A DNA stretch of 64,000 nucleotides from Octopus sinensis (lineage: Eukaryota), in contig NC_043002.1 in NCBI RefSeq assembly GCF_006345805.1, positions 83,328,001 through 83,392,000 on the forward strand. The letters run 5' to 3'. Below, piece after piece: positions 1 through 13,967 of this stretch; position 1 is the first letter of the stretch, and every line of letters begins with the position of its first letter. Under the pieces are notes generated by a model that was given only the letters and a program-made list of their open reading frames with translations, was not told the origin of the DNA and did no database searches. Position numbers and translations under genes: made by a program.

Positions 1-346
1 AAATTTTTAGTGAGGGAGTAAATCGATTAGATCGACCCCAGTATGCGATTGGTACTTAATTTATCGACCTCGAAAGGAATTTGAATTCAGAACGTAGAGA
101 CAGACGAAATACTTATTTCTTTACTACCCACAAAGAGCTAAACACAGAGAGGACAAACAAGGACAGACAAACGGATTAAGTCGATTATATCGACCCCAGT
201 GCGTAACTGGTACTTATTTAATCGACCCCGAAAGGATGAAAGGCAAAGTTAACCTCGGCGGAATTTGAACACAGAACGTAGCGGCAGACGAAATACGGCT
301 GAACATTTCGCTCGGCGTGCTAACGTTTCTGCCAGCTCGCCGTCTT
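1..346 (-). mobile_element. tRNA-derived SINE family A, concatemer
   Basis: Head ggcggcgagctggcagaaacgttagc (A box) with gagttcaaattcc (B box) and body gtcgactttgcctttcatcctttcggggtcgataaa..gtaccagtt. The body resembles, from recall, the Meta/MESC SINE domain. Confidence 0.85.
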
Positions 347-703
347 AGGTATTATATTACTAATGACATACAGGTTTGATCGCAATTAAAAAAAAAAGTC
401 ATGGTCGTACAATACATAAGCACAAATATATGCTGGGCCATGCGTATCATTTATATTTATACTTAAGTACATGTATGCTTATACGTGTCTCTATAAATTA
501 TTTTATTGTGTCTGGGGAGAGTCATTCTCTTTTAGTGCCATATTAATTTAACACACTCACCGGTTTCCACTCATCTATTCATTTTTACGAAATTTTCGTT
601 GCGACTTGCAACCTTTTCAACAGTCGTTGACTCAGTCCGTTATCGAAATTGCGTTCCTTATTTTGTACGCATGCGTGTGCACTAATGGTGTGTGTGCATA
701 CAC

Positions 704-734
<31 letters not shown>

Positions 735-2941
735 TGTATGTATGTATGTATGTATGTATGTATGCATGTAAGTGTGTGTGTGTATGTATGTGTGTGTATG
801 TGTGTGTATGTATGTGTGTGTATATATGTGTGTGTATGCATCAGACATTCTCATTTGAAACTGCTAATGGCTCTTACCTATAACTTTATTATTTTTTCGA
901 TCATGGAACCGCGTAACACATGTCTATTTCACTCACATTCTTCTTTAGCTTTTGTCAAACTGAAAAGTACTATTATCCCCAACTGGGGATGTTTCTTTAT
1001 TTTTATATTTTTCTCACATCTCTCTCCTCGATAGCGAAATGCCTAGCTTATGGAATCCTTACTCAGTGTCACGATCCACATGCTTGGCTATCCTAGAAAC
1101 ACTTGTAAAAGACTCTATTTATATTCTCTATCTAAATTAAATGTTTTCGAGAGATGCCTAATGTTTTGCTTTGTCATTATGTATGTATGTATGTATGTAT
1201 GTATGTATGTATGTATGTATGTATGTATGTCATTGTTCAGTTTTATTTCAAGATTTCTTGCCGAAAGAGAAAGAGCCTGTTTCTAAACTAGATCTAAGGC
1301 TCCTTCACTGGAATTTCAACATCAACAACAGGGTATTTCTGTACGTATATATGTATGCATGTATGTATGTATGTATGTATGTATGTATGTATGTATGTGT
1401 ATGTATGTATGTATGTATGTATGTATGTATATATATATGTGTGTGTGTGTGTGTATATATATGTAAGTATATATAAGTATGTATGTGTATATGTAAGTCT
1501 GAATGCATGTTTGTATGTATGTATGTATGTATGTATGTATGTATGTATGTGTATGTATGTGTGCAGGAGGTATGTATGTATGCATGTATGTATGTAAGTT
1601 TGAAAATAGTTAACTTCTGCTCGAGTTTATTGAACCATTAGATCGGAGCTTATTCCATTTTCATGGCGTTTGAGCATCTGAGAGTACAAGATTCCTCCCT
1701 GAATGTGGCAACAGTCCATTATAGTGCCGCTGGCACTCATTTTCAGATGAGTGGACATCATGAAACAAAGCACCTTGCTCAAGGACACAGCTCACTGTCT
1801 AGTCCAAGACTCGAAGCCGCAACCTTAGCCAGTAGTCCACGCACCCTCACACACACACACACACATACACACACATGCAAAGATGTGCAATAATGCATGC
1901 ATATATTCATGCATTCATACAATGCCTATATACTCTGATACTATATTAGATTATCAATACAATATTTCCCATATAGGAAATTAAGAATACCATTAATCAA
2001 TAAACTTACTGATAAAATATTAATTCATACTAGAAAAGTATGTTATTCTACTGCAACTAGACCGCTTGTATCTACTACTTTCGCAGTCCAAATGCTTCTA
2101 GGGTTGACTGTGTGTTTTCACGTCAATGACCATAAAACAAGACATTTCTCGGAAAATAACCATAAAGTAAAAACGCAGAAACCAGTTATGATTATAATAT
2201 ATAGAAGCATTTTATATAGAAAAAACTACACTTATTCTTTTACTGGTTTGTGTCATCAAACGCCTTTTAGGGATTTAGACGAGTACGTCGAGCCTAGTAT
2301 TTGATTTAATTTGGGTCGATTCAGCAAGAAACCTTTGTAAAATCTTTAAAAGTTATGAATTGAACGAAAAGTTCCAAGTCAGACAAGCGTATTTATATAT
2401 CGTCACTGAGGAATCAATTCCAAATGAGCAGACGAAGTTTCAATAACAGTGATATTGGAAACTGCCTGATGAAATGGTATGAATTAAGATGATAAGAGTG
2501 TTTGTATCAAGCCAAACGGCTTACAAAATGTTTCTTAAAATGTATAAGAACTGTTAGTAATATAAACATTTTCAATAGAAAATACTTAACGTGTGTATGT
2601 GTCGTTTAAACGTCAGAAGTTGCGGCTTTCCGTCTGGGAAAACCTCTTCAAAGATATATAGTATTAAAAAAAACACAATATACTTCAAAGATAGGCGAAA
2701 CAGAATCGCCCCAGAAGTGATCATGAGAGCAGCAAATACGTATTTCACCGTAGTTGCAGCTTATCAATGTTGAGTAATCGTGTCAGTTTTGAAACAGAAT
2801 CGAAATCGCTGCTCTGAAGTATATACAGGTAGTGTATAAACTATCTACTGGTTTGTAATGGTGCTGCATAAGCAGAATAAATTCGAATTATGCAATAGAA
2901 ACAATTCTATAATAAAACTTGGTGTCATATTTTCTGTATAG

Positions 2942-3126
2942 GTCGTTCTATTTATGGTGAGAAATTCAATGACGAAGATTTCGTTCTCAGCCACAAAGCA
3001 GCTGGTTATGTTTCTATGGCTAATCACGGAGAGGACACAAACGGTTCTCAGTTCTTCATTCTTCTGAACAAAGCCAGATGGTTGGATGGAAAGCATGTTG
3101 TATTTGGGAAAGTCATCAAAGGAATG
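2942..3126 (+). CDS. Cyclophilin-type PPIase gene 1 (CypB/C-like), penultimate exon; upstream exons not found in window
   Basis: Acceptor ...tttctgtatag| and donor |gtaagt. 185 nt, phase 1 to 0. Translates (G)[61 protein letters not shown], with the hallmark cyclophilin motifs TNGSQFF and [10 protein letters not shown]. Confidence 0.96.
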
Positions 3127-3360
3127 GTAAGTAGTAAATATTTTATATTTTGTTTCCATTTAATATGTGTGTGTGTGTGTGTGTGCGGGCGTGTATGTAT
3201 ATATATATATATATATATAATATATATATACATAAACACTCACACACATACATATGCATATATATACATATATATATACATATATATATATGTACATACA
3301 CATATATATATGTATGTATGTATGTATATATATATATATATAGATATATATATATATATG

Positions 3361-3449
<89 letters not shown>

Positions 3450-3835
3450 ATATATATATGCATACATATATATATATATACATATATACATATATATATG
3501 TATTTATTTGTGTGCTTGTGTTTGTCCCCAACCATTCCTTGACAACCGATGTTGGTGTGTTTACGTCCCCGTAACTTGGTGGTTTGGCAAAAAGAACGCT
3601 AGAATAAGTTCTAGGCTTACAAAGAATAAGTCCTGGGGTCGTTTTGTTCGACTAAAGGCGGTGCTCCAGTATGGCCGCAGTAAGATAACTGAAACAAGTA
3701 AAAGATTAAAAGAATATACACACTTAAGTACATGCATATTTGTGTATTTATGTATGTGTGTATGTATCTTAGTCTTAGACAATTGGTAAGAAAAAAAGCG
3801 ACCTATGGAATAATTTTTTTAAATGAATAAAGCGC

Positions 3836-4230
3836 AGGAGTGGCTGTGTGGTAAGTAGCTTGCTTACGAACCACATGGTTCCGGGTTCAGTCCCACTGTG
3901 TGGCACCTTCGGCAAGTATTTTCTACTATTGCCTCGGGCCAACCAAAGCCTTGTGAGTGGATTTTGTAGATGGAAACTGAGAGTAGCCTGTCGTATATAT
4001 GTACATAAATACCTGTGTGTATATGTTTGTGTGTCTGTGTTTGTCCCCGCAACATCGCTCGACAACCAATGCTGGTATGTTTATGTCCCCGTAACTTAGC
4101 GGTTCGGCAAAAGAGACCGATAGAATAAGTGCTAGGCTTACAAAGAATAAGTCCTAGGGTCGATTTGCTCGACTAAAGACGGTGCTCCAGCATGGCCGCA
4201 GTCAAATGACTGAAAACAAGTAAAAAAAAC
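3836..4230 (+). mobile_element. tRNA-derived SINE family B (further copies ~13420-13850, ~37365-37710, ~41230-41610, ~45530-45730 on minus)
   Basis: Head ggagtggctgtgtggtaagtagc..gggttcagtccc, internal (TG)n, tail cttagcggttcggcaaaagagaccgatagaataag..catggccgcagtcaaatgactgaaac. Confidence 0.8.
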
Positions 4231-4635
4231 AGAGTAAAGGGTCAATTTCTTCAACTAAACTCTACATCGTGGTGCCCACCACAGGGCCTAGTCCATTGGC
4301 TGAAACAAGTAAAAGAATAAAAGAGTAACTTCTTACCATTTGTCTCAGTCATTGGACTGAAAGAAAAGAAAAGAAAGAAAAGAAAAAAGGACAAAAATTG
4401 AACACTACAAATCAACTGCTTCGGATTCTGAGAATGCGGCTAATGGAAATGAGATAATGATGATGGCGTGTCGTGATGAGATATTTTGTTATACAGCTTG
4501 TCATCATCATATTCATCATCATCGTCAATATCAGTGTCATCATCGTCTTATAATCATCACCGTCATTGTCTTCGTAGTAATCATCATCATCACCATCATC
4601 ATCGCTTTCGCCATCGTCGTCGTCGTCGTCGTCGG

Positions 4636-4667
<32 letters not shown>

Positions 4668-5221
4668 AGAACAGCAGCAGCAGCAACAACAACAAAATCG
4701 TTCTGCTGCAATAACCAGTTTATGTTTCCCTTGATGGGTGATTAATTCTGGCTATCGATGGCGGAATTTGAACTCAAAACACAAAGACCCAGAACCCAGA
4801 AGAAATAACACAAAGCACCTCGTTCGACGATCTAACACTTCCACCAATCCACCGTCCAGGACCTGGACTGATACTTTATTTTTTTGACCCCGAAAGGGCA
4901 AATGGTAAAAAGTTCACTTCGGTGGGATTTGAGCCCAGACCACCAAAGAGTCAGAACAAATAGAACATGACATTCACTCTGACTCCTAAACAACTCCCCC
5001 AAGTAGTTGCTTTTTGACCCTGCCACCTTACCGACAACCCGTAGTATATGTAAACTATTTAGTCACCTCCAAAGTGGTTAGCGCAGAATCTGAAGGCTAA
5101 GCATGATCGTTGTTATTGCTTAACTCAAAGCCGACTTTGATCGAGGAAACAAACATAATCAAAAACATTTAGGAATAAAATATATCAGATAACATTATCT
5201 AATGACTTTTAACACTATGTA

Positions 5222-5787
5222 TTGGGTTGTCCGGAAAGTTCGTGCCGATTTATAGTAGCTTACATTTCGATTTATTTTAGAACATGGTTGAGTCCATAAA
5301 ATAGGATTTCACTACATCTCCATTCAGAGCACAGTTTAAGCTATCTTTTCGTGGAAGAAGATTTATGTTCCTATAACCTGTGTTAATTCTGTAACCCTTT
5401 AAAATGGAAGATAAGAAATTTCATTTTTGGCACTTAATACTTTGGGAACCAGACAAAAATTGCTGCAGCTCGGCTAGGATGTCTTACCCCACCCTCCATA
5501 TTCACCAGATATTGCTCCTTCGGATTTTCACTTATTCAGGTCTCTGCAGAATAGTCTTAATGGTAAAAATTTCAATTTCTTGGATGACATAAAAAGATAC
5601 CTTGATGAATTATTTGCCATGAAACCACCTCAATTCTGGGAAGAGGGTATTTTCAAGTTAAAGGAAAGATAGAAACGCATTGTGCAACAAAATGGTTCAT
5701 ATTTGGTTGATTAAAAATATAATGGCAAGTATTTATTGACCTTTTTCTTTCCTTTAAAAATCAGCACGAACTTTCCGGACAACCCAA
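5222..5787 (+). mobile_element. Internally deleted mariner element
   Basis: ~30-bp TIRs (ttgggttgtccggaaagttcgtgccgattt / aaatcagcacgaactttccggacaacccaa) with TA on both flanks. The N-terminal MEDKKFHF is fused to a C-terminal remnant LG*DVLPHPPYSPDIAPSDFHLFRSLQN...NGSYLVD* carrying the mariner YSPDLAPSD motif and stops. Confidence 0.92.
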
Positions 5788-6656
5788 TACTTAATACTAC
5801 AGATTGTGGGTTGCGATTAAATTTTGCTGTAGTTTCATTGGTTTTCCTAACCTGGTTAGTGAATATAATTGACGACTGAAGATACAAACTTTTTACATAG
5901 TTTGTGAGCTATCAGCTATATACAATTGATAAGATAACTGAGTGGAGATCAAAACAACCCTAAATTCTAGCTAGTGTAGCATGAATAATTAGATTCTCGG
6001 TAAATGGATTTCGAGACCCTGTTTCAATCACCAATTAAAACAGCTTCACTTACTCCTCCATGGTAAATAGAAAAGTTATGGATACTCTTCTAGCAAATGT
6101 CGAATGATTCTAATGTGAAGGTGCTTGACCTTGTAATTAGAGCGTTGGGTTCACAATCAATTATAAGGTCGTAGATTAGATTTTTGAACCAGGTGTCAGG
6201 CCGTGTCCTTGAAAGTACTTCATTCTGCATTGTTAGCTCCAGTTCACTCAGCCGAATTGAATACCAGCCGAGTTTCCAGTGCATCCCCCTTTCCCTCCAG
6301 TTGTCATACTGCATGTCCATAAGGAAATAAAACAAATAGCAAAGTCATGGTACATGCTACGAAATCATCTTTGTGTGTTGTAACTATTGTAATTGTAATG
6401 TTTTGCATACAATGAAGAAATAAATATAAAGTGTATCTCCGGCATATAAGTCAAATTTTTCTGAGCAAAATTTACAACCAAAATTGTAGGTCGACTGGAG
6501 GACATTCCACGTGAAATGCAACAGGACTTGGAAAGATAGGGATGATGCTTGATTGTTTACATTACATGTTTGCACAATATACAACGTTGATGTGTATGCC
6601 AGAAATACCGTAATTGTTTTAATAAGTTTTCTTTTCTTTTTTTTTTTATTTTGCAG

Positions 6657-6806
6657 AATGTTATAGAAATAATCGGAAATGTTAAGTCTGACAAGGACAC
6701 CGCAGTTCCTTTTTCAACTGTGAAAATCGTGGATTGTGGTCTGGTTGGTATCGAAAAGAAATACCAGCTGACAGAGGTACAGACCTTGTCCAACAAAGAT
6801 ATCTAA
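6657..6806 (+). CDS. Cyclophilin gene 1, last coding exon
   Basis: Long pyrimidine tract then ttgcag|. 150 nt in phase 0: NVIEIIGNVKSDKDTAVPFSTVKIVDCGLVGIEKKYQLTEVQTLSNKDI*, containing the cyclophilin C-terminal (V/I)xDCG motif. AATAAA at 6805-6810. Confidence 0.92.
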   Translation, partial: NVIEIIGNVKSDKDTAVPFSTVKIVDCGLVGIEKKYQLTEVQTLSNKDI

Positions 6807-7758
6807 TAAAATCAAAAAGTAACTGTTATAGACAATATGTAATTAGAGAGACATAGAAGTTACTGTTGGGCGGGAAATATATTCTGTTTTAGATAAAAAC
6901 CTAATTGTATGTCTGCAAGCTATAAAAAAAATGTGCGGGCATGCGTATTTGTTATCGTGCTGTATGTGTGTACGTGTGTAGAAATGTGCTTGTGATTATA
7001 TACCAATGTAGGGCGGTGTGCTAGTAGAAGCGTTACCGCACCGGACAAGATGGATGGCGGCATTTCGTCGGCCTTTGCGTTTTGAGCTCAAATTTTGCCA
7101 AGGTCGACTTTGCCGTTCATCTTATCTGAGTCGATAAAATAAGGACCAGTTGATCATGAAATTGCTGGACTTGTGCCAAAATTTGAAACCAATTATACAG
7201 TGAATTCATTGTCGATTTCTTTAATACATCACAGTATGAATACACACATGCGTGTGCATATGTACGCCTGTATGTGCATATACATAGCATGTGATTGACT
7301 CTCTGTGTGCGATTGTGTGCGTGTGTGGGAGGAAGAGTGATAGTATGTGTGTGTGTGTGTTTGTGTGTCTGCGTGAGAGAGAGAGATTGTGAGTGACTGT
7401 GTGTGCGTAGGTGGTAATTATTTCTTGAATAAAGATTGAATTTTTAAAACAGTAACATAGATATATTTCATATTTTCTTTGATGTGTGTACGAGTGAGTG
7501 TGTACGTATGTATGTATGTATGTATGTATGTATGTATGTATGTATGTATGTATGTATGTATGTATGTATGTATGTATGTATGTATGTATGTATGTATGTA
7601 TGTATGTATGTATGTATGTATTTATGTATGTATGTATGTATGTATGTATGTGCAGATTTGTATGTTTTATGTATGTATTCTCATGTATGCATTATGTCTA
7701 TATGTATGTATGAACGTATGTATGTATGTATGTATGTATGTATATATAGTTGTGTGAG

Positions 7759-7801
<43 letters not shown>

Positions 7802-8103
7802 TCTGCTGTATCAGCACCAAGTAGTGTTTAAGCATAAACGAACATTAGGTTTGTTAAATAAGTTTGCGACATATTTCAACTTCTAAAGACAAATTCGCTG
7901 CAGTTACCGTGAACAGAAAAATTCTCTCTTATAGTAAAAAGTGTGAAAATACCATATCTGCCCAGTGCTGCCTCCAGTCGGATTCCCAGAAGCAGCGTTT
8001 CTATCTCTTTAGCCGTTTTATATATACAAACATACATGCATATACACACACACACACACACACCACACACACACACACACATATATATATTTATATACAT
8101 ATG

Positions 8104-8171
<68 letters not shown>

Positions 8172-8204
8172 TATATATATTATTTATTTATATATATGTA
8201 TAGT

Positions 8205-8469
8205 AAAGATTATTTGCCAGCATAACGTGGCAGTCCTGGTTAGGACAAATGCTACTGCTATTAGCCCCAGGAAATATCGTCTCCAGCTGGCTATACGACA
8301 CACTATCTGTGTCCTTATATTTTCGAACAAAGGAGTTTGGCATTCCTGTTTTGAACAAGGGAGTTTAACATCCCATGTTCGAAAATATAAGGAGACAGAT
8401 AGTATCGTATAGCCAGCTGTAGCATTCGCCCTAACCAGGGCTGCTACGTTATGCTGGCAAATAATCTTT
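8205..8469. repeat. Foldback / MITE-like long inverted repeat
   Basis: Outer arms aaagattatttgccagcataacg..gctac / gtagc..cgttatgctggcaaataatcttt and inner arms cagctggctatacga..ttttcgaaca / tgttcgaaaa..tcgtatagccagctg. Confidence 0.85.
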
Positions 8470-8555
8470 TCTCTAGAGTACTGTTACTGAATTCCTCACG
8501 TTGAGAGATTTACAAATAGTAATTTTCTATTATATATATATATATATAATATATA

Positions 8556-8595
<40 letters not shown>

Positions 8596-8658
8596 TATTA
8601 ATCATATATATATATATATATATTCCTCACGTTGAGAGATTTACAAATAGTAATTTTC

Positions 8659-8719
<61 letters not shown>

Positions 8720-8738
8720 TCATATATATATATATATG

Positions 8739-9054
8739 AAAAATCAACGAAAATGCACATTGCAAATAAAAAAAGGTAGTAATAAGAGTAATAAAAGTCA
8801 TTATTATGAGATGATTATAAGATGATAATAAAGTAAGAGAACAAAGCGAACCATGATTTACGCAAACTATTCATCGCTTGAAAAACACCGGCTAATACAC
8901 GTGTCAGGTCTAATAAGACATCTTATAATCATCTCATAATAATGACTTTTATGACTCTTATTACTACCTCAGTCAATCTAAATGTATATATTTGTCGTTA
9001 CGTGTCGTAAATAGCCTCTTTTTATTTGCAATGTGCATTTTCGTTGATTTTTCA
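8739..9054. repeat. Nested inverted repeat
   Basis: 8739-8774 pairs with 9019-9054, and 8775-8824 pairs with 8919-8968 (one mismatch). Confidence 0.85.
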
Positions 9055-9110
9055 TTTTTTACCCTTACATTTCCGCGTGTATTTTATATTTTCTTTTTGT
9101 AACATATTTC

Positions 9111-9174
<64 letters not shown>

Positions 9175-10032
9175 TCTAGTGTTTTGTTTATTTGTCAATC
9201 TCGAGAGTAATTATCAATAATATGATTACATTTATTGACATGATGTAATTTGTAAATAAATGATAACCTTATATGTAAAGATTTCAACTTTATGGTTTGA
9301 TACCTGCACCAATTACAACGTTGGCGAAATCTATAAAAAAAACGATACATACATACATGTGTGTGTGTGTGTGTGGGGGGGTGCTCGCAAACCTAAGGAC
9401 ACAGGAAATGTGTCAAGGCTGACAGGAGGCGTTGCTGCTTCCTAGGGTTAAATAGCAGTAGTATGATTCTCTTCATGGGACTGCCACATTAAGTTGACAG
9501 TATACAACTACTTTATCGTACCACTACTGCATAAATCTTTCTGAGATATTTAGAAATATATTATTCCTATATATATATATATATACATATATATACACGC
9601 TCGCACAAACACACACACACACATATATATATATATACAGATATATAGATATATACATGTATACACATACATATATATATATATATACACACACATACAT
9701 ACATATATAAATATACATATACACACCACATATATGAATGTATGTATGCATGTTTGTATGTATGTATATATTGGTGTGCGTGCGTTCCAAGCATTAGAAA
9801 ACGCGCGCGCGCGCATGCACACACATACATACGGAAAGATTCATAGATTACATTGATTTGACTTATTTTTCATTCATGGTGAAGATGACTCAGGACTGTA
9901 TATCCACGACCTTCCCAGGAATATTGGGTAGAAATGGATGGATGGATGGATGGATGGATGGATGGATGGATTTCAATTTTGCATTCAAATTTTAGTGTAA
10001 GATTCTTCATATCCCGACATCGATATTACATA

Positions 10033-10553
10033 CTAGCAGCATAGCCCGGCATTGTCCGGGTATGTAAGAGCCCCTGGAGCAGACATGATGCTCGCTGTGA
10101 ATTTTAAAAAATTTCCTGCCAAATTGTGAAAGATATTGTCGAAAATATGTCATCTTGAATTTGAACGCGATTTCCCAAAGTGGCATGATTTTATCGATTT
10201 TTTTTGTGATGGTAAGGTATTGCATGGAAAACTAACGTCAGAATTAAGTTTCTTAGGGTAACATTAAGCTTCACCATGAGTTTGGTGAAAATCGATTGCA
10301 AGTTGCAGAAACTACAACAGAAAATCTGTTGCAAATAAAAAGCTTAGATTCTCGACCCCATGTCGAATTTATCGATTTTTTTCAGAACTGGGGGAACTTT
10401 TCAAACTTTTCGCTGCGTTAGTTTTGAATTATGACATTGAGCTATATGTGTGTCAAGATTCATCAGAATCGGTTGAAAGCCGTGGTCAGGGCGAGGGTAC
10501 AACCTGACAGACACACAGACACACAGACAGACAAACTGCCATTTATATATAGA
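10033..10553 (-). mobile_element. Non-autonomous Helitron-type element
   Basis: Minus strand starts TCtatatata and ends with a CCCGG-acaatg-CCGGG hairpin then CTAG followed by T. Confidence 0.7.
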
Positions 10554-11632
10554 GTGATAAGTGACAATTTAGTTAAAGGTCATTTCAAACGTCTTATACG
10601 TCAATAGATTAAGCATCCACAGTATTTTCTAACTTTTTAATTATAGAAAGCTCTCTGGTGATACTTCGTTGACTTATCTTGACTGAGCAAGTATCAGAGA
10701 AACAAGCAATTGTCTCGGACTTAGGACAGAGCGTAATACTGATTTCAAATTTTGGCACAAGGCCAGCAATTTCAGGGAAAGTGGAAATTTAATTACATCG
10801 ACCCCAGTGCTCAACTTGTACTTTTTCTATCGACTCCAAAAGGATGAAATGTAATGTCGACGTCGGGGAATTTTGAGCTCAGAAGGTGAATATAGGTATG
10901 GACTAAATGCCGGTAAGCATTTTGCCCAGCGTGCTAACGATTCGGCCAGCTCACTGCCTTAGGCAGAGCGTAATAACAGTCCAACTTTTAGCACGACAGG
11001 CAAAATGCTTAGCGGAATTTTCTGCCGAGGTCAGATTTGTCCTTCATCCTTTCGAGATCGATGAAATAAATACCAGCTGATTACTGGGGCCGATGTAATC
11101 GACCTACCCACTCCCCCGAACTTGCTGTCCTTATGCCAACATTTGAAATGATATTAGTTCAATTCACCTCTAGTTAAACTTGGTTTTACCAAATCCGAAC
11201 ATATATTCTCTTCTGATGATCTCTAATACCGGTGTCCGGAATGCAGACTATACTTGCACAAGCAATCTGTTTCGAAATCTCTATTCAGCCGAGGCAAAGC
11301 ACAATGCTCTCGATACATTCTCTATTGCAAGGTCAGAAGTGCGTGTCTCTTGCATTAGAGATCTTAGTAAGTGCTTTATGGTTTCGACTGTAAGCCACTT
11401 CCACAAGTGACGTTGTTAGACGATCTCATCTCTTTCTCCTTCTGCTGAATGTCACCTTGATATGCCAGTAGGGATAACCGATAAAGGAGAATTAACAATA
11501 GTGTTAAATTTGCAATATTTCAGACCAGTTGCTTGCAATAAACACGTGTCTCTTAGTATATACGGAAGATAAAATTTTAATATTTCTTTTTGTGTATCCG
11601 TCTCTCTCCGTCTCTCTCTCTTCTCTCTCTCC

Positions 11633-11671
<39 letters not shown>

Positions 11672-12837
11672 TCTCCCTCCCCTCTCTCTCTGTTATCAGT
11701 TTAAAATATTCGGCTGAGACTATACTAAGGCACCTCTAAATATCTTAAATCCATCTGTTTGAATATTTTATTTTTAGATGGACGTATATTTATGCGCCCA
11801 CGAAACTTTAAGTCACTTGGAACCGAGTCAAACTATTGTTAATATATATTCGTGAAAATATAATAAAGTATTGAAGTGAAATGTTTTGTAGTTTTGCTTC
11901 ATTTATTTATTCATTTGTTTACTTTGTAAATTTGAGTTGAATATCCTGGAACAAATATAAACTCCTGGTTAATCGAGTCAGCGACATCGATTCTCTTCCT
12001 GGTTGAAGTCATTACACGTTATCTATACGGGACAACAAGGAGACTCTGTACGGTTAATGAACTTGCTAGAAATAGTAGCTAAATTAAATTTCTCATGAAG
12101 CCACAGTTTACGATTTAGACAAAAGGAAGAATACGTTGGGTAATGTAGTTCTGGATATATTGTCTGAAAATAAGCAATGGCTACGACTGGAACTCTGCTT
12201 GATCAGAGTTCACCTGGAACTAAACACCTACAACTTACAACAGTTACTTTTGCCAGACATTGATATAACATGAAAAGGTGTCATAACATCGGAAGTCAAA
12301 CAGTTAAGACTATGTTTGTTCCTACTTAACCCCAGTTCTTTCAATACTTTCATTTTCAGATGTTTTCTCTTAGATTTAAAACTTAATTCTCTTTCCAAGT
12401 TTTGGTACAAGGACCGAAATTTTGAGCGGATGGGTAAGTTGATTACATCGACACTCAGTACTAGATTTGTACTTTCTATCGAATAGTGAAGGAAAATTGA
12501 TCTCAGTATACACTTATAAAACAAATTGAATGTTTTTGTCATTTATAACTGTTTACCGTATTGAGCAGACTATATCATTGGTCACAGCGAGCTTTCAATT
12601 CTTTCACGAATGCGCTTTTTCCATCTTGACCGAAATCATTTAACAATTCAGCAAAATGGTTAGAGCGGAACCGATGGGGTTGGACGCAACAGGAGTGATG
12701 AGGGGTAGAGGGACAAGTGAATCGTGGATGTTTGAACGATGCTCCATTATTGTACCATTATTGTACCAATAGAAAAAAACACAAGAGAAAAGAAACAGCA
12801 CATCTGTGAGCCAGAGGCCGGAGCGTATAAATGATTT

Positions 12838-13260
12838 AATACCTATTTCTTTATTGCCCACAAGGGGCAAAACACAGAGGGGACAAACAAGGACAGACAA
12901 ACGGATTAAGTTGATTATATCGACCCCAGTACGTAACTGGTACTTAATTTATCGACCCCGAAAGGATGAAAGGCAAAGTCGACCTCGGCGGAATTTGAAC
13001 TCAGAACGTAACGGCAGACGAAATACCTATTTCTTTATTACCCACAAGGGGCTAAACATAGAGGGGACAAACAAGGACAGACATAGGTATTAAGTCGATT
13101 ACATCGACCCCAGTGCGTAACTGGTACTTAATTTATCGACCCCGAAAGGATGAAAGGCAAAGTCGACCTCGGCGGAATTTGAACTCAGAACGTAACGGCA
13201 GACGAAATACCGCTACGCATTTCGCCCGGCGTGCTAACGTTTCTGCCAGCTCGCCGCCTT
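12838..13260 (-). mobile_element. SINE family A concatemer (~2.3 units)
   Basis: Repeating ~185-bp body+tail unit with junction gacgaaatacc|tatttcttta. Confidence 0.88.
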
Positions 13261-13626
13261 GTAAATGATTTAATACCAATCAGTCCAGTGGCTCTTCTCT
13301 GGACGCAGTCTACGATGCCTGTATTCGTAGCAATAGCAACGCCTCTTTTATGGGAGCGGACCCCGATCCTATTGATCATATGTTTTGGAGATTACCGTTT
13401 ATCTTTTATCTTTTACTTATTTCAGTCATTAGACCGCGACCATGCTGGAGCACCGCCTTGAGGAATTTTCAGCTGAATGAATCGACCCTGGTCCTTATCT
13501 TTTTTTAAAGTTTATTACTTATTCTATCGGTCTCTTTGCCGAGCAGCTAAGTTACGGGGACGCAAACACATCAGGAGTTGTCTAGTAACGATCGAGAACA
13601 CACACATACGTATACAAACACACATA

Positions 13627-13660
<34 letters not shown>

Positions 13661-13967
13661 ACACACAACACACACACACACAACGTGATTCTTTCAGTTT
13701 CTCTCTACCAAATCCACTCACAAAAGCTTTGGTCGACCTTAGGCTATAGTTGAAGACACCCAAAGGTGTCACAGTGTGGGACTGAACCTGAAGCCATGTG
13801 GTTGGAAAGCAAACTTCTCACCTCACAGTCACACAACCACACCTGCGCCTATACAATATACATTGATTATTGGCTTAGTTCCGTTCCTTCAGACAAGATG
13901 GCTGTCAATGGATCGGGCGATTATAATGACCTTTGGTCCAAAACGACCATTACACTAAGGCGGTGAG

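Noticed and set aside
1-2941. Upstream exons of cyclophilin gene 1
   Set aside because: No HRV..F.IQ.GD or FGLFG-type coding segment was found on the plus strand, so they are presumed to lie before the window.
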